Source: a virus | Virus record (IMG/VR): IMGVR_UViG_3300044835_000075 | Coordinates: 32,001-96,000 of that record | Strand: one strand, 5' to 3' | Length of the DNA stretch: 64,000 bases | Shown: piece after piece, positions 54,247 through 63,536 of the stretch | Layout: each line of letters starts with the position of its first letter | How positions within the stretch are numbered: position 1 is the stretch's first letter | The notes under the pieces: generated by a model | What the model saw: the letters and a program-made list of their open reading frames with translations, nothing else | Database searches by the model: none | Told to the model about the DNA's origin: nothing | Position numbers and translations under genes: made by a program

Positions 54247-55001
54247 GCCCGCTCACGGGCGCCACGTGGCGTCATGAGCCGTTCGCCTCGTTCGACACCG
54301 AGACCACCGGCGTCAACGTCGAGGAGGACCGTGTCGTCACCGCGACGATCCTGAAGGTCATTCCGGGCAGCGGCACCCCGGCGTCGCGAAGCTGGCTGGT
54401 GAACCCCGGGATCGAGATCCCCGACGGGGCGGCCCGCATCCACGGCGTCACCACGGAGAAGGCCCGCGAGGGCGGGATGGATCCGGCGGTCGCGCTGGTC
54501 GAGATCCTCGACGGTCTGCGCGAGGTGTGGAACTCCGGCCAGCCGGTGGTGATCTACAACGCCCCGTACGACCTCACGCTGATGGACCGGGAACTCAAGC
54601 GGTACGGCTATCCGGGGATCGGCCCGGTCGGCCCGGTGATCGACCCGCTGGTGATCGACAAGGGTATCGACACCTTCCGGCCGGGATCGCGGAAGCTGAT
54701 CGACACCGCGCGGCACTACGGCGTCGTGCTGACCGAGGCGGACGCGCATTCGTCCGAGGGCGACACGCTCGCGGCCGCGCGGCTGGCCTACAAGCTGGGC
54801 GCGCCGGAGTCCGGTGTGCTGACTCCTGGGAGGTACAACCGGCCCGGAAGGGACACGCGGGGAGTCGTCGCGGGGATGACGCTGGAAGAGCTGGTGGCCG
54901 CTCAGGTGGAGTGGTCGGAGAAGCAGCAGCGGAGTTTCGCGGAGTACAAGCGGATCACGCCGCAGATCGGTTGGCCGTACCGGCCGGAGGCCAAGGCCTA
55001 G
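54243..55001 (+). CDS. DEDDh 3'-5' exonuclease (DnaQ-like)
   Basis: FDTETTG, IHGVT, YNAPYDL, AHSSEGD. Confidence 0.9.
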   Translation: MSPLTGATWRHEPFASFDTETTGVNVEEDRVVTATILKVIPGSGTPASRSWLVNPGIEIPDGAARIHGVTTEKAREGGMDPAVALVEILDGLREVWNSGQPVVIYNAPYDLTLMDRELKRYGYPGIGPVGPVIDPLVIDKGIDTFRPGSRKLIDTARHYGVVLTEADAHSSEGDTLAAARLAYKLGAPESGVLTPGRYNRPGRDTRGVVAGMTLEELVAAQVEWSEKQQRSFAEYKRITPQIGWPYRPEAKA

Positions 55002-55004
55002 GGA

Positions 55005-55050
55005 GCGACGAAACCCCCACTCACAGCCCAGTGAGTGGGGGTTTCGTCGT
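55005..55050. terminator. long hairpin terminator
   Basis: CGACGAAACCCCCACTCAC-N6-GTGAGTGGGGGTTTCGTCG. Confidence 0.75.
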
Positions 55051-55208
55051 ATGCGGGGTGAGCGCGCTGCGCGCCGACGACGGACCCGCTCAAAGGATCG
55101 GACCGGGGGCAGGGCCCGGGGTCCGGAGGCATCCCGGAAAAGCAGTGCCGCGCGCTCACCACGGGTTAAGGGTGCCCTACCCCTGCGGGTATGCGCAACC
55201 CGCCTGGG

Positions 55209-55238
55209 TTGACTAGCCTGCTCTGCGTCGGCTAGTAT
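55209..55238 (+). promoter_or_regulatory. Repeated promoter, class II
   Basis: TTGACT-AGCC-N11-GGC-TAGTAT; GTTCCG at +37. Confidence 0.8.
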
Positions 55239-55280
55239 CTTTTCAGTTCCGTAACCAACCCCCTACGAGAAGGACCGCAC

Positions 55281-55934
55281 ATGACGAGCAACATCGTCAA
55301 ATCCGCCAACGAGAAGATGGACCAGGCCCTGCGCCTGCTCGGCGAAGCGCAGGCCGCGATGCAGCTGGCCAACCGCTTCGGCGCCGAGCCCGAACCCGGC
55401 ACCGTCCTCGTGTTCGACAAGATCTTCCCCAACGAGGGTGCCGCACTGGACTCGCTCGGCCTGAACTTCGATCCCGAGAAGCTGGTGCCCGGCAACAAGT
55501 CCGCGCTGTTCGACGTGCTCAGCGGAGCGAGGCTCGGCGGCCGCGCGCAGTACGGCGGCGTGGTCGTCATCGACGACGACGACGCGTTCGCCAAGGCGAT
55601 GCAGAAGTCCTACCGCCACGTCGCCATCCGCATCGGCAACGTCTGGTACACCACGTCGCCCCGCATCTCCAAGGTGTCGTGGGACAAGCTCGCCGAGTTC
55701 ATCGGCGACTCGCAATGCTGGAAGGTCACCGGCACCGAGGAGATCCCCCTCGAAGCCCCCCAGGTCATCGAGCAGGCTTCCGAGCCCGCCGACGCACCCA
55801 ATGCCGCTGACGCGATCAAGGACAACCGCAAGGCGCTCATGGGCGCCCTGGCCCGCGCCCGCGCCAACGGCAAGAGCCCGACGCCGAAGGAAATCCTGGA
55901 GATCGTCACGAAGACGCTGGACTCCGACAAGTGA
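55281..55934 (+). CDS. hypothetical protein
   Basis: GAAGGA RBS; EP..GTV..F.K...Y..VAIR...WYTT...SW..L pattern. Confidence 0.65.
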   Translation: MTSNIVKSANEKMDQALRLLGEAQAAMQLANRFGAEPEPGTVLVFDKIFPNEGAALDSLGLNFDPEKLVPGNKSALFDVLSGARLGGRAQYGGVVVIDDDDAFAKAMQKSYRHVAIRIGNVWYTTSPRISKVSWDKLAEFIGDSQCWKVTGTEEIPLEAPQVIEQASEPADAPNAADAIKDNRKALMGALARARANGKSPTPKEILEIVTKTLDSDK

Positions 55935-56602
55935 GCAAGACCTGGTTTACCGCCGACATGCACTTCGGACACGAACGCATCATCGAGCTGTCCGGCCGCC
56001 CGTTCGGCTCCGTCGAGGAGATGAACGAGGTGATCATCGAGCGGTACAACCGGGTCGTCGGCGAACATGACACGGTGTGGATTCTCGGCGATGTCGCCCT
56101 CGGCGCCATCGCCGAGTCTCTGCCCCTGCTCGGCAGACTCAAGGGCCGCAAGTACCTGATCGCAGGCAATCACGACCGCTGCTTCGCCGGTGCCCAGCCC
56201 GACCCCGGCCGCCTCGCCCGCTGGAAAGCCGCCTACATCGAGCAGGGCGCCCTGACCGGCGTCGTCACCAGCGCGGGGTACATCTCCGAGCCGCCGAAGT
56301 TCAAGACCCCGATCCGGATCCCCCGGCTCGGCGGCGGACTCGGCCCGCCGGTGACCCTGTCCCACTTCCCCTACGCCGGTGAGTCCGACCCGGCCCGGCC
56401 CGACCGCTACGCCACCGCGCGCCCGGTCCGCCGCAAGGGCGACACGGAGCCCTGGCTGCTGCACGGCCACGTGCACGAGGCATGGGCGGTAAGCGGCTAC
56501 CAGATCAACGTAGGTGTCGACATCTGGAATTTCGAGCCCGTCGACGCCGAGACCCTGGCCGCCCTGATCGAGGGCGGCCCCCAGTTCGACGAAGGGAAAT
56601 GA
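55931..56602 (+). CDS. calcineurin-like metallophosphoesterase
   Basis: D.HFGH, LGD, GNHD, HFP, HGHVH, INVGVD. Confidence 0.9.
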   Translation: MSKTWFTADMHFGHERIIELSGRPFGSVEEMNEVIIERYNRVVGEHDTVWILGDVALGAIAESLPLLGRLKGRKYLIAGNHDRCFAGAQPDPGRLARWKAAYIEQGALTGVVTSAGYISEPPKFKTPIRIPRLGGGLGPPVTLSHFPYAGESDPARPDRYATARPVRRKGDTEPWLLHGHVHEAWAVSGYQINVGVDIWNFEPVDAETLAALIEGGPQFDEGK

Positions 56603-56838
56603 TCATGACGGCCGCATTGAAGACGAACTGCATCAACGCGCGCTCCGACCACTACCCGACACGGGCGGACGCGGACGCGGAGATCCTCAACCGCAAGATC
56701 AACGCCGCTGTGGCCCGCCAGGCGCGCGACAACAAGCGCGAGGCGGAATGGTGCGCCAGCTGCTCGGCGTGGATGATCACGACCGCCGTTCAGCGCTCGC
56801 ACCGGCCGGGCGGGAAGACGAAGCACCGCCGCCGCTGA
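56599..56838 (+). CDS. small hypothetical protein
   Basis: ATGA overlap; WCASC..W. Confidence 0.5.
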   Translation: MIMTAALKTNCINARSDHYPTRADADAEILNRKINAAVARQARDNKREAEWCASCSAWMITTAVQRSHRPGGKTKHRRR

Positions 56839-56846
56839 CCCCGGTA

Positions 56847-56876
56847 TTGGCAAGCCGTTAAGATGACGGCTAGGAT
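56847..56876 (+). promoter_or_regulatory. Repeated promoter, class II (variant -35)
   Basis: TTGGCA-AGCC-N11-GGC-TAGGAT; ATTCCG at +37. Confidence 0.7.
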
Positions 56877-56915
56877 TCTGATCATTCCGCCCCGAACCCC
56901 GATGAGGAGCACTCC

Positions 56916-57182
56916 GTGCCCAGTCCCCTGAACAAGACCGAATCCCGGGTGAGCGCCCTGACCGAGGTCAAGGCCGGACTCGTGAGCTATGACCCCACCG
57001 TGGGCGAATACACCGTCACCGACGGCGACCACGAGACCGAGCAGGCGGGTGGCGCCCGGCGCCGCACGTACGCCGAACTGCGCACCCAGGCGCTCATTGC
57101 GCCCCGTGACCCGCAGGCTGTGTCGATCGTTGACCTCACCGAAGAGGGTCAGGAACTGGCCTCCACCTGGAGTGTTGACTAG
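56916..57182 (+). CDS. winged-helix-like small protein
   Basis: GAGGAG RBS; EL...LI...LTEEG....W; stop inside next promoter. Confidence 0.6.
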   Translation: MPSPLNKTESRVSALTEVKAGLVSYDPTVGEYTVTDGDHETEQAGGARRRTYAELRTQALIAPRDPQAVSIVDLTEEGQELASTWSVD

Positions 57183-57204
57183 CCACTACTAGATCGGCTA
57201 GCAT
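57175..57204 (+). promoter_or_regulatory. Repeated promoter, class II
   Basis: TTGACT-AGCC-N11-GGC-TAGCAT; GTTCCG at +37. Confidence 0.8.
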
Positions 57205-57246
57205 TCTCCTTGTTCCGCTAGATCATCTTCGAGAGGTAGCCCACCG

Positions 57247-57951
57247 ATGACCAGCCCCGACGCTGCCGCCGCGCAGCCGGAGAGCACGCCCACCGCAGCG
57301 GAGGTCGCCGCCAAGAACATCGGCGCGTACATCAGCGCCAACGGCGTCTCCGGCGTCCTGGCCGACGCCGATCCCCACGCCGACGGCAGTGTCCACCTCG
57401 CCATCACCCAGGACGGCCAGCCGTACGACACCGTCGTCGTGATGCAGGCCGACGGCGTCATCTCCATCCGCGACGCCGCGCCCGCCGAACCGGACGCCGT
57501 GGCCGTACCCGACTACATCGTCGCCGCCCGCGAGATGGCGCAGATCAGCGACCAGCTCAAGGCCAGCAAAGGCGCGGTCGCCGCACTCGAAGACCGGTAC
57601 AAAGAACTCTCCGAGACCGTCATGGCCTACTACGAGATGATCGGCGACACACAACTGAGGTTCGACGGCCGCCTCGCCCACCTGCGCTACGACACCTTCG
57701 CGAAGTTCCACGACAAGCCGGTCGAGGAAGGCGGCGGGAAGTACACCCACCGCGACGTCGTCGAGGTACTCCGCGCCATCGACAAGTCCGACAGCGTCCA
57801 GCCCGAGACGGTCCATCCCGGCACCCTCGCGACGATCCTGCGCGAGTACCGCGACGACGACAAGCCCGTGCCCGAAGCACTCGCCGCCCTCGTTGAGCTG
57901 GGAGAACGCCCCAAGGTCGTCATCGGCGCACCGGCGCGCAAGCGCCGCTAA
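57247..57951 (+). CDS. phage replication-module protein
   Basis: Coiled coil plus VHPGTL...RE motif, upstream of SSB-like gene. Confidence 0.6.
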   Translation: MTSPDAAAAQPESTPTAAEVAAKNIGAYISANGVSGVLADADPHADGSVHLAITQDGQPYDTVVVMQADGVISIRDAAPAEPDAVAVPDYIVAAREMAQISDQLKASKGAVAALEDRYKELSETVMAYYEMIGDTQLRFDGRLAHLRYDTFAKFHDKPVEEGGGKYTHRDVVEVLRAIDKSDSVQPETVHPGTLATILREYRDDDKPVPEALAALVELGERPKVVIGAPARKRR

Positions 57952-58099
57952 CACTCCGACCGGACAGCCCGCCGCGTGGCGGGCCGACCCGGTCGGCCGA
58001 CGGGGATACGCTCGACCGCACCCCGCCAGCCGGGCGACCGACTACCGACGAAGTCGATCACTCAGGCGCATCCATCACCAGGGAAAGAAGGCATCCCGT

Positions 58100-59044
58100 A
58101 TGTCCAGCGAACTGACCACACGCCCCGACGGGGCCGTGGCCACCACCAGCGCCGCCCAGATCCCCGAGGCGACGCGCGAGCGTTTCCCCGCGATCGACCC
58201 GGAGTCCGAGATCCTCGAACTGCTCGCCGAGAACCTCGACGACGGCGAGACCCTCGGCATCGGGAACCTCACCCGCGTCGTCAACCCGTCCGGCAAGTCG
58301 ACGTCCTTCCAGGTGCCCGACCCTCAGGGCGGCAAGGACAAGACCCCCGACATGCTCGAAGGCATCGTTCTGGGCTGGCAGGAAGGGCGCAGCTACTACG
58401 AGTCGCCCGAAGCCAAGGACGGCACCCCGCCGGACTGCTCGTCGCGTGACGGCGTCAACGGCTTCGGCGAGTACGGCAAGGGCTCGGAGAGCAACCCCGA
58501 TGGCCTGTGCACCGACTGCCCCATGGGCCAGTGGCTGCGCGTCGAAGGCCAGCCCGACACCCCCCCGGCCTGCAAGCAGCTCGTGAACGTGCTGCTGCTG
58601 ACCGAGGAGGAGGCACTCCCCCTCCTGGTCCGCGTGCCTCGCACGTCGATCACGGCGTTCAACAAGTACCGCAAGGGCCTCATCCGGTACAACACCGGCC
58701 TTGCCCGCTCGACGACCAAGATCTCGCTGGAAAGCGCGGTCAACCCGCAGGGCACGAAGTACGCCGAGATGGTGTTCAGCCTCGGCGAGAAGCTCCCGGG
58801 TACCAAGGACGAGGTCAAAGCCACCGCCGCCGCCGTCATGGCGTTCGGTGCCGAGATGAAGAACATCATCACCGCCCAGCCCGCCCGCAACTCCGCCGCG
58901 ATCACCGCGACGGCCGAGCGGTCGGTCGAGGACGAGGGCGGCACCAGCTTCCCCGAGCCGGTCGACTACGCACCGCCGACCGACGAGGAAGCCGCCGACG
59001 CCCTCGACCACGAGGCCGAAACGAGCAGCGCGGCCGCCTCGTGA
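58100..59044 (+). CDS. putative phage ssDNA-binding/recombination protein
   Basis: PPDCSS.DG..., C..CP..W...ACK, P.TS...F; acidic tail. Confidence 0.6.
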   Translation: MSSELTTRPDGAVATTSAAQIPEATRERFPAIDPESEILELLAENLDDGETLGIGNLTRVVNPSGKSTSFQVPDPQGGKDKTPDMLEGIVLGWQEGRSYYESPEAKDGTPPDCSSRDGVNGFGEYGKGSESNPDGLCTDCPMGQWLRVEGQPDTPPACKQLVNVLLLTEEEALPLLVRVPRTSITAFNKYRKGLIRYNTGLARSTTKISLESAVNPQGTKYAEMVFSLGEKLPGTKDEVKATAAAVMAFGAEMKNIITAQPARNSAAITATAERSVEDEGGTSFPEPVDYAPPTDEEAADALDHEAETSSAAAS

Positions 59045-61452
59045 GCCGCGCCGAGCAGGCGAACGCGTTCTGCTCGGCGTTGCTCGGCGGCCCCGACGGA
59101 GATGACAGGCTCGAAGGACTCTTCGTAACCCTGTGGACCTCGGGGGACAAGCGGACACGATGGCGCCGGGCAGACCAGCCCGGCGCCGTCGCGTCTCTGG
59201 TGGCCGAGCTGGACGAGCAGGACAGTTCGCAAGCGGTCTACATCTGCACGACGCTCAGCAGCGACGAGCGCTCGTGTGCCGAGTACCACGACGGGAACAT
59301 CCCGCACGGGGAGGGCAACTGCAAGCACCGGCCCAAGGCCGTCGAGTCCGCCGGACTCCTCGGCCTGTGGGTCGAATTCGACATCGCCGGACCCGGGCAC
59401 GAGAGTGAATTCCTGCCACCGGACCGCAACCACGTACAGAAGATCATCGACGCGATGGTCGTCAAACCCACCCTGGTCGTCTCCTCCGGCGGCGGCCTTC
59501 ACTGCTGGTGGATGCTGGCCGAACCCTGGCTGGTCCGCGACGCGGACGACCAGGACGCCGAACGCCAGAAAATGGCGAAGCTCGAACGCGACTGGGTGCT
59601 CACCGCGCGCCACCATGCCGAAGTCCTCGGCCGCTGGCAGGTCGACAGTGTGCACGACCTCGCTCGACTGCTCCGCCCCGCCGGAACCACGAACCGCAAG
59701 ATCGCGGGCACTCCACGGCCCGTCACGATCGTCTCCCACGACCCCGAAGCCGTCTACAACCCCGACGACTTCGCCGAATTCATGCCCGACCCGGAGACCC
59801 TGGAGGCCTACGGAGCCGCCAAGGGCGCCGACAACGTCCGCTTGACCATGTCCGACGCCGAGAAGGAGATGCTCAAAGAGGTCAACCTGACCGCCGTGTG
59901 GATGCGCGTCAACTCCGCCGAGTACCGCGCGCTCGACTACACGCCGGACTGGCTCGCCGAGATCCTCGAACTCGCCGCCGAGAGCGCCGAGATGGGCGAG
60001 GACACCCGCAAGCAGGGCAAGAACCAGGGCGCCACCCCGTCACTGCTGGTCAACACGTGGAACGGCGACCGGCCGGACCTCAAGGACGACCAGAGCAGCC
60101 TTGACGCGTCCCTGGTCCGGTTGCTCGCCGACCTCGGTTTCGTCGACACCGAAGGCATCATCGAAGCGATGATGTGCCGCCGCCTGCGGCTGACCGACTC
60201 CACCAAGGCGGACAAGCTCGACCCGCGCAAGCGGATCGACTACATCGTGCGGACGGTCGCCAGGTTTCGCCTGACCGCGAAGCTGGCCGTCGATCGGCAA
60301 AAGCTCTCCAGCGACCGACTGGCCGAGATGGCGAACATGCGCCTTGAGGTCAATCCGCGCCCCGAGCCCGAGCCGGAAGAGGTGACCGCCGACAAGCGCG
60401 GTGTCGTGCTCGACGACAAGGCCGCCGCCAAGGCCGGAACCGACTACATGGTCAACCTGGTCGAGCACCGCGCCGCCACCGAGGAGGAGAAGCGCCGCGA
60501 TGCCGACGACCAGGTCAAGGCGGCACACACCGGCGTCACCCCGCCGCCCCGCCCGACACCGGCGCTTCCTGCCGGTGAGGACGACGACGAGGAAGAGCCG
60601 AAGTTCTTCAACGAGGATCGCCCCAAGATCGAACAGGAGTGCATGGACGAACTCACCGCGTTGCTGATCCCCCAGGTCTACCGCGAGCGCGGAGTCATGG
60701 TCTGGGGGCTCGAAGTGCGCGACGAGGGCGAGAAGCAGAAAGGCCGGTTCATGCTCCGCGTGCCGGTCGATTTCCGCTGGCCGGTCGACGAGGCACGCCC
60801 GAGCCGCTACCGGCCGGGCCGCCCACTGTTCACCGACTGGTGGGGCCGCGACGCGTTCGACGGGCAGAAGGGCTTTGAGAAGGCGCTACGGCACGACTTG
60901 AAGATGGCCGCGCAGAAGACGCCGCCGAAGGAGTGGTCGAGCCTGCTCGACGATCTGGTGCCGCTGTGGCGCCGGGACTCCTCCGGCTCCGACATCGCCA
61001 CCTACTCCCACGACTGGCTCTACGACTACCTGATGCTGCACCACGGCACCGGGGAGCCGAACGAGGTCGGCGCGTCGGGGCGCCCATGGGTCCGCAAGAC
61101 CAACGGGTGGAAGCCGTCCACCCCGCCGATCATCTTCATCGACCTGAAGGAGTTCCTGGAGCACTGCCGCCGCCAGCCGGGCGCGGTCGCGGGACGCGAG
61201 ATCAAGGGCGTCCTGGACCACCTGCACCTGACCATCCGGCGGCCGCGTATCAAGGCTCCCGGGATGATGTCCCGGCCGACGTTCTACGAGATCGCGCCGG
61301 AGGAGTTCGACGCCAACGAGTGGGCCGCGATCATCGACGTGACGCGGCATTCCTACGAGATCAGCCAGAACAAGCGCGGGCTCCGGCTCGCCGACGCCGA
61401 CACCGACAGTGGCGGGGTCTCGATCAGCGACGGACGGCGGGAGGCGCAGTGA
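59041..61452 (+). CDS. RepB'-type (AEP) primase-domain replication protein
   Basis: W.EFD, PTLVVSSGGGLH.WW, D.ARLLR.AGT.N.K; D.S..D..L helical domain. Confidence 0.8.
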   Translation: MSRAEQANAFCSALLGGPDGDDRLEGLFVTLWTSGDKRTRWRRADQPGAVASLVAELDEQDSSQAVYICTTLSSDERSCAEYHDGNIPHGEGNCKHRPKAVESAGLLGLWVEFDIAGPGHESEFLPPDRNHVQKIIDAMVVKPTLVVSSGGGLHCWWMLAEPWLVRDADDQDAERQKMAKLERDWVLTARHHAEVLGRWQVDSVHDLARLLRPAGTTNRKIAGTPRPVTIVSHDPEAVYNPDDFAEFMPDPETLEAYGAAKGADNVRLTMSDAEKEMLKEVNLTAVWMRVNSAEYRALDYTPDWLAEILELAAESAEMGEDTRKQGKNQGATPSLLVNTWNGDRPDLKDDQSSLDASLVRLLADLGFVDTEGIIEAMMCRRLRLTDSTKADKLDPRKRIDYIVRTVARFRLTAKLAVDRQKLSSDRLAEMANMRLEVNPRPEPEPEEVTADKRGVVLDDKAAAKAGTDYMVNLVEHRAATEEEKRRDADDQVKAAHTGVTPPPRPTPALPAGEDDDEEEPKFFNEDRPKIEQECMDELTALLIPQVYRERGVMVWGLEVRDEGEKQKGRFMLRVPVDFRWPVDEARPSRYRPGRPLFTDWWGRDAFDGQKGFEKALRHDLKMAAQKTPPKEWSSLLDDLVPLWRRDSSGSDIATYSHDWLYDYLMLHHGTGEPNEVGASGRPWVRKTNGWKPSTPPIIFIDLKEFLEHCRRQPGAVAGREIKGVLDHLHLTIRRPRIKAPGMMSRPTFYEIAPEEFDANEWAAIIDVTRHSYEISQNKRGLRLADADTDSGGVSISDGRREAQ

Positions 61453-62360
61453 GCATGTCGTACGCGCCTCCCCCGCCGCCGGTCGCGGACGGTGTCCTGG
61501 TGGCCGACCGCTACGCGATGCTGGGTGACCTCGCCCGGGGCCGCTACGGGGCCTGCTGCATGTGCAACGGGACCTGCTACACGTGGTGGTCGGACCGGGC
61601 GCCGTCCGGCTACGTCCCGCTGCACGAGGGGTGCGTGCCCCGGCTGGTCGAGCACTGGACGAAGTTCGTCGCGGACGGCGGTGCGGAGCCCGAGAGGACT
61701 TTCGTGCCGCCGTCCGGCCGCCGTGGCGCCTATGCGCGCCGGGCGGCGACGGTGGACACCGCGCCAGCGTCCGCCCCGCAGCAGCCCGCCCGGGTCGTGA
61801 CCGCTGGCGCGGTGCTTCCTGATCGTTTCATCCCGGGGCCGTTCTGGCTCCCTGGGGACGATCACCTCACACCGTGGACGGGACTGCTGGAGACCGCGAC
61901 CGGGCACACGGTGTGCCCGGCGGGGGCGAATGTGGCGCACGCCGAGAAGACGTACGCGTTCTACCGGTCGCAGCGGATCGTGTCCTACAACACCCCGGTC
62001 GTCGGGGGTGCGTTGATCGCACCTGACGGTTCGGTGACGCGGTCGTGGGGTTCGGTGCCGGTGGTGGGTTCGCCGCGTTGGGTGTCGGTCTCGATCCGCA
62101 GCGAGTGGGGCATGTGCCCGGGATGCGGTGAGTTGAAGTGGCCGGGGTCGTGGCGTACGGACCGCAACGTCTGCATGGGGTGTCAGAGTGCCCGCGAGGT
62201 CGCAGACCCGCGAGAGTGGCCGTATGAGACGCCGCATCCCGGGCAGCAGGCCGTACCGGATACCTTTATCACGACGAAAAAGGTGACGCCTCCCGCGTCG
62301 GCGCGGTTGGCGCCGAGCTTGAACCGAGGACGTTTGACTAGCCGCCGCAAGTCGGGCTAA
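61449..62360 (+). CDS. Cys-rich hypothetical protein
   Basis: GGAGG RBS; CxxC clusters; TAA stop is the -10 box of next promoter. Confidence 0.6.
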   Translation: MSMSYAPPPPPVADGVLVADRYAMLGDLARGRYGACCMCNGTCYTWWSDRAPSGYVPLHEGCVPRLVEHWTKFVADGGAEPERTFVPPSGRRGAYARRAATVDTAPASAPQQPARVVTAGAVLPDRFIPGPFWLPGDDHLTPWTGLLETATGHTVCPAGANVAHAEKTYAFYRSQRIVSYNTPVVGGALIAPDGSVTRSWGSVPVVGSPRWVSVSIRSEWGMCPGCGELKWPGSWRTDRNVCMGCQSAREVADPREWPYETPHPGQQAVPDTFITTKKVTPPASARLAPSLNRGRLTSRRKSG

Positions 62361-62363
62361 TCT
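62334..62363 (+). promoter_or_regulatory. Repeated promoter, class II
   Basis: TTGACT-AGCC-N11-GGC-TAATCT; GTTCTG at +36. Confidence 0.75.
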
Positions 62364-62404
62364 ATCCTCGTTCTGCTGTATCCGACCCTGCCAGAAGGTG
62401 CCTC

Positions 62405-62728
62405 ATGGCCCGACTCACCCATTCTCGCGATGGCCGCCATCCCGGGACCGACCGCCTCCTGCTCGTCGGCGTGGCCTTCGGATGCACCGCCTCAGTTCCC
62501 TTGTGGATCGGCCTGGCGTACTTCCTCGGACTCTGCGAGATCCCGATGTCGGCGTGGTCCCTGCTCAGCGCGTCGGCCATCGCGGCATCGCTGGGTGCGG
62601 TATCCATCCGGTCGTCGGTTCTGCTGTTCGACAAGGTATTACGGCCCCGGGTGTTCGACCTTGAGCAGCGCAAGCACGAAATAGTTCCGTTTCATTATTC
62701 GACAAGGGAGACTCATCAGGATGTCTAA
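62405..62728 (+). CDS. membrane protein
   Basis: Two TM helices; GAAGG RBS. Confidence 0.55.
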   Translation: MARLTHSRDGRHPGTDRLLLVGVAFGCTASVPLWIGLAYFLGLCEIPMSAWSLLSASAIAASLGAVSIRSSVLLFDKVLRPRVFDLEQRKHEIVPFHYSTRETHQDV

Positions 62729-63536
62729 AAATATTCGGTTATACTTGGACTTCGAGACAACAGGTCTTTCTCCTGGAAAAGAAACCATTCTCGAACTCGC
62801 GTACTGCATCACTGACGATCAGCACAGGTTGCTTACTCCGATCCGCCAGCGCTTGACAAACCTTGCCCCTCCACTCAAGCGCGAGGCTGGTCCTCGTGGG
62901 CCTTTCGGTTTCGCGTTCGACACGACCAAATCCGAAGACTGGGAGAACCCTGAGTTCTTCGATACTCGGAACAAGTCCAATCCCAAGATCGTGATGGATA
63001 TGCATCAGAATTCGGGACTTAAGGCTGACCACTTGGCCGTGGATCCGAACGCTATTCTTACTCATCCTCGTGATTTCGAGCGAATGTTTCTGGACGACCT
63101 GGTCGATGTCAAAAATCGGTTCGACTACGACATCGGAAAGATCATCCTGTCCGGTGATGGCGTGAGCCATTTCGACAACTACTTGCTTGACGCTTTGTGG
63201 CCCGACCGCTTCCCGCTCCGGCCGGACTTCGATCACGACATGGCGTACTGGTACGGCGATGTCTCCATCGCGCGGCGCCTGGTGCCGCCGTCCGTGCTCA
63301 CCGCTGGCCGGAAGTGGGCGGAGAGCGATGAGTCGCCGTTCTCCATGCTCGCCGAGGAGATGGTCGCGGACATCTCCATGGGCCCGGACGACTTCGAGGT
63401 GCAGGACGAGAAGTCGAACCTGTGGACCTTTGACCGCAACGGCGCGGTGCCGCACCGGGCGGCGGACGACCTGGTTGTGTCGATCCTGGATGCCCGGATA
63501 CTCGCCAAGATCGACCTGTTTTCCCAGAAGATTTGA
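62721..63536 (+). CDS. DEDDh exonuclease, oligoribonuclease-like
   Basis: LDFETTGL...ILELA, MH.NSGL, G..V.HFD, HRA.DD. Confidence 0.8.
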   Translation: MSKNIRLYLDFETTGLSPGKETILELAYCITDDQHRLLTPIRQRLTNLAPPLKREAGPRGPFGFAFDTTKSEDWENPEFFDTRNKSNPKIVMDMHQNSGLKADHLAVDPNAILTHPRDFERMFLDDLVDVKNRFDYDIGKIILSGDGVSHFDNYLLDALWPDRFPLRPDFDHDMAYWYGDVSIARRLVPPSVLTAGRKWAESDESPFSMLAEEMVADISMGPDDFEVQDEKSNLWTFDRNGAVPHRAADDLVVSILDARILAKIDLFSQKI

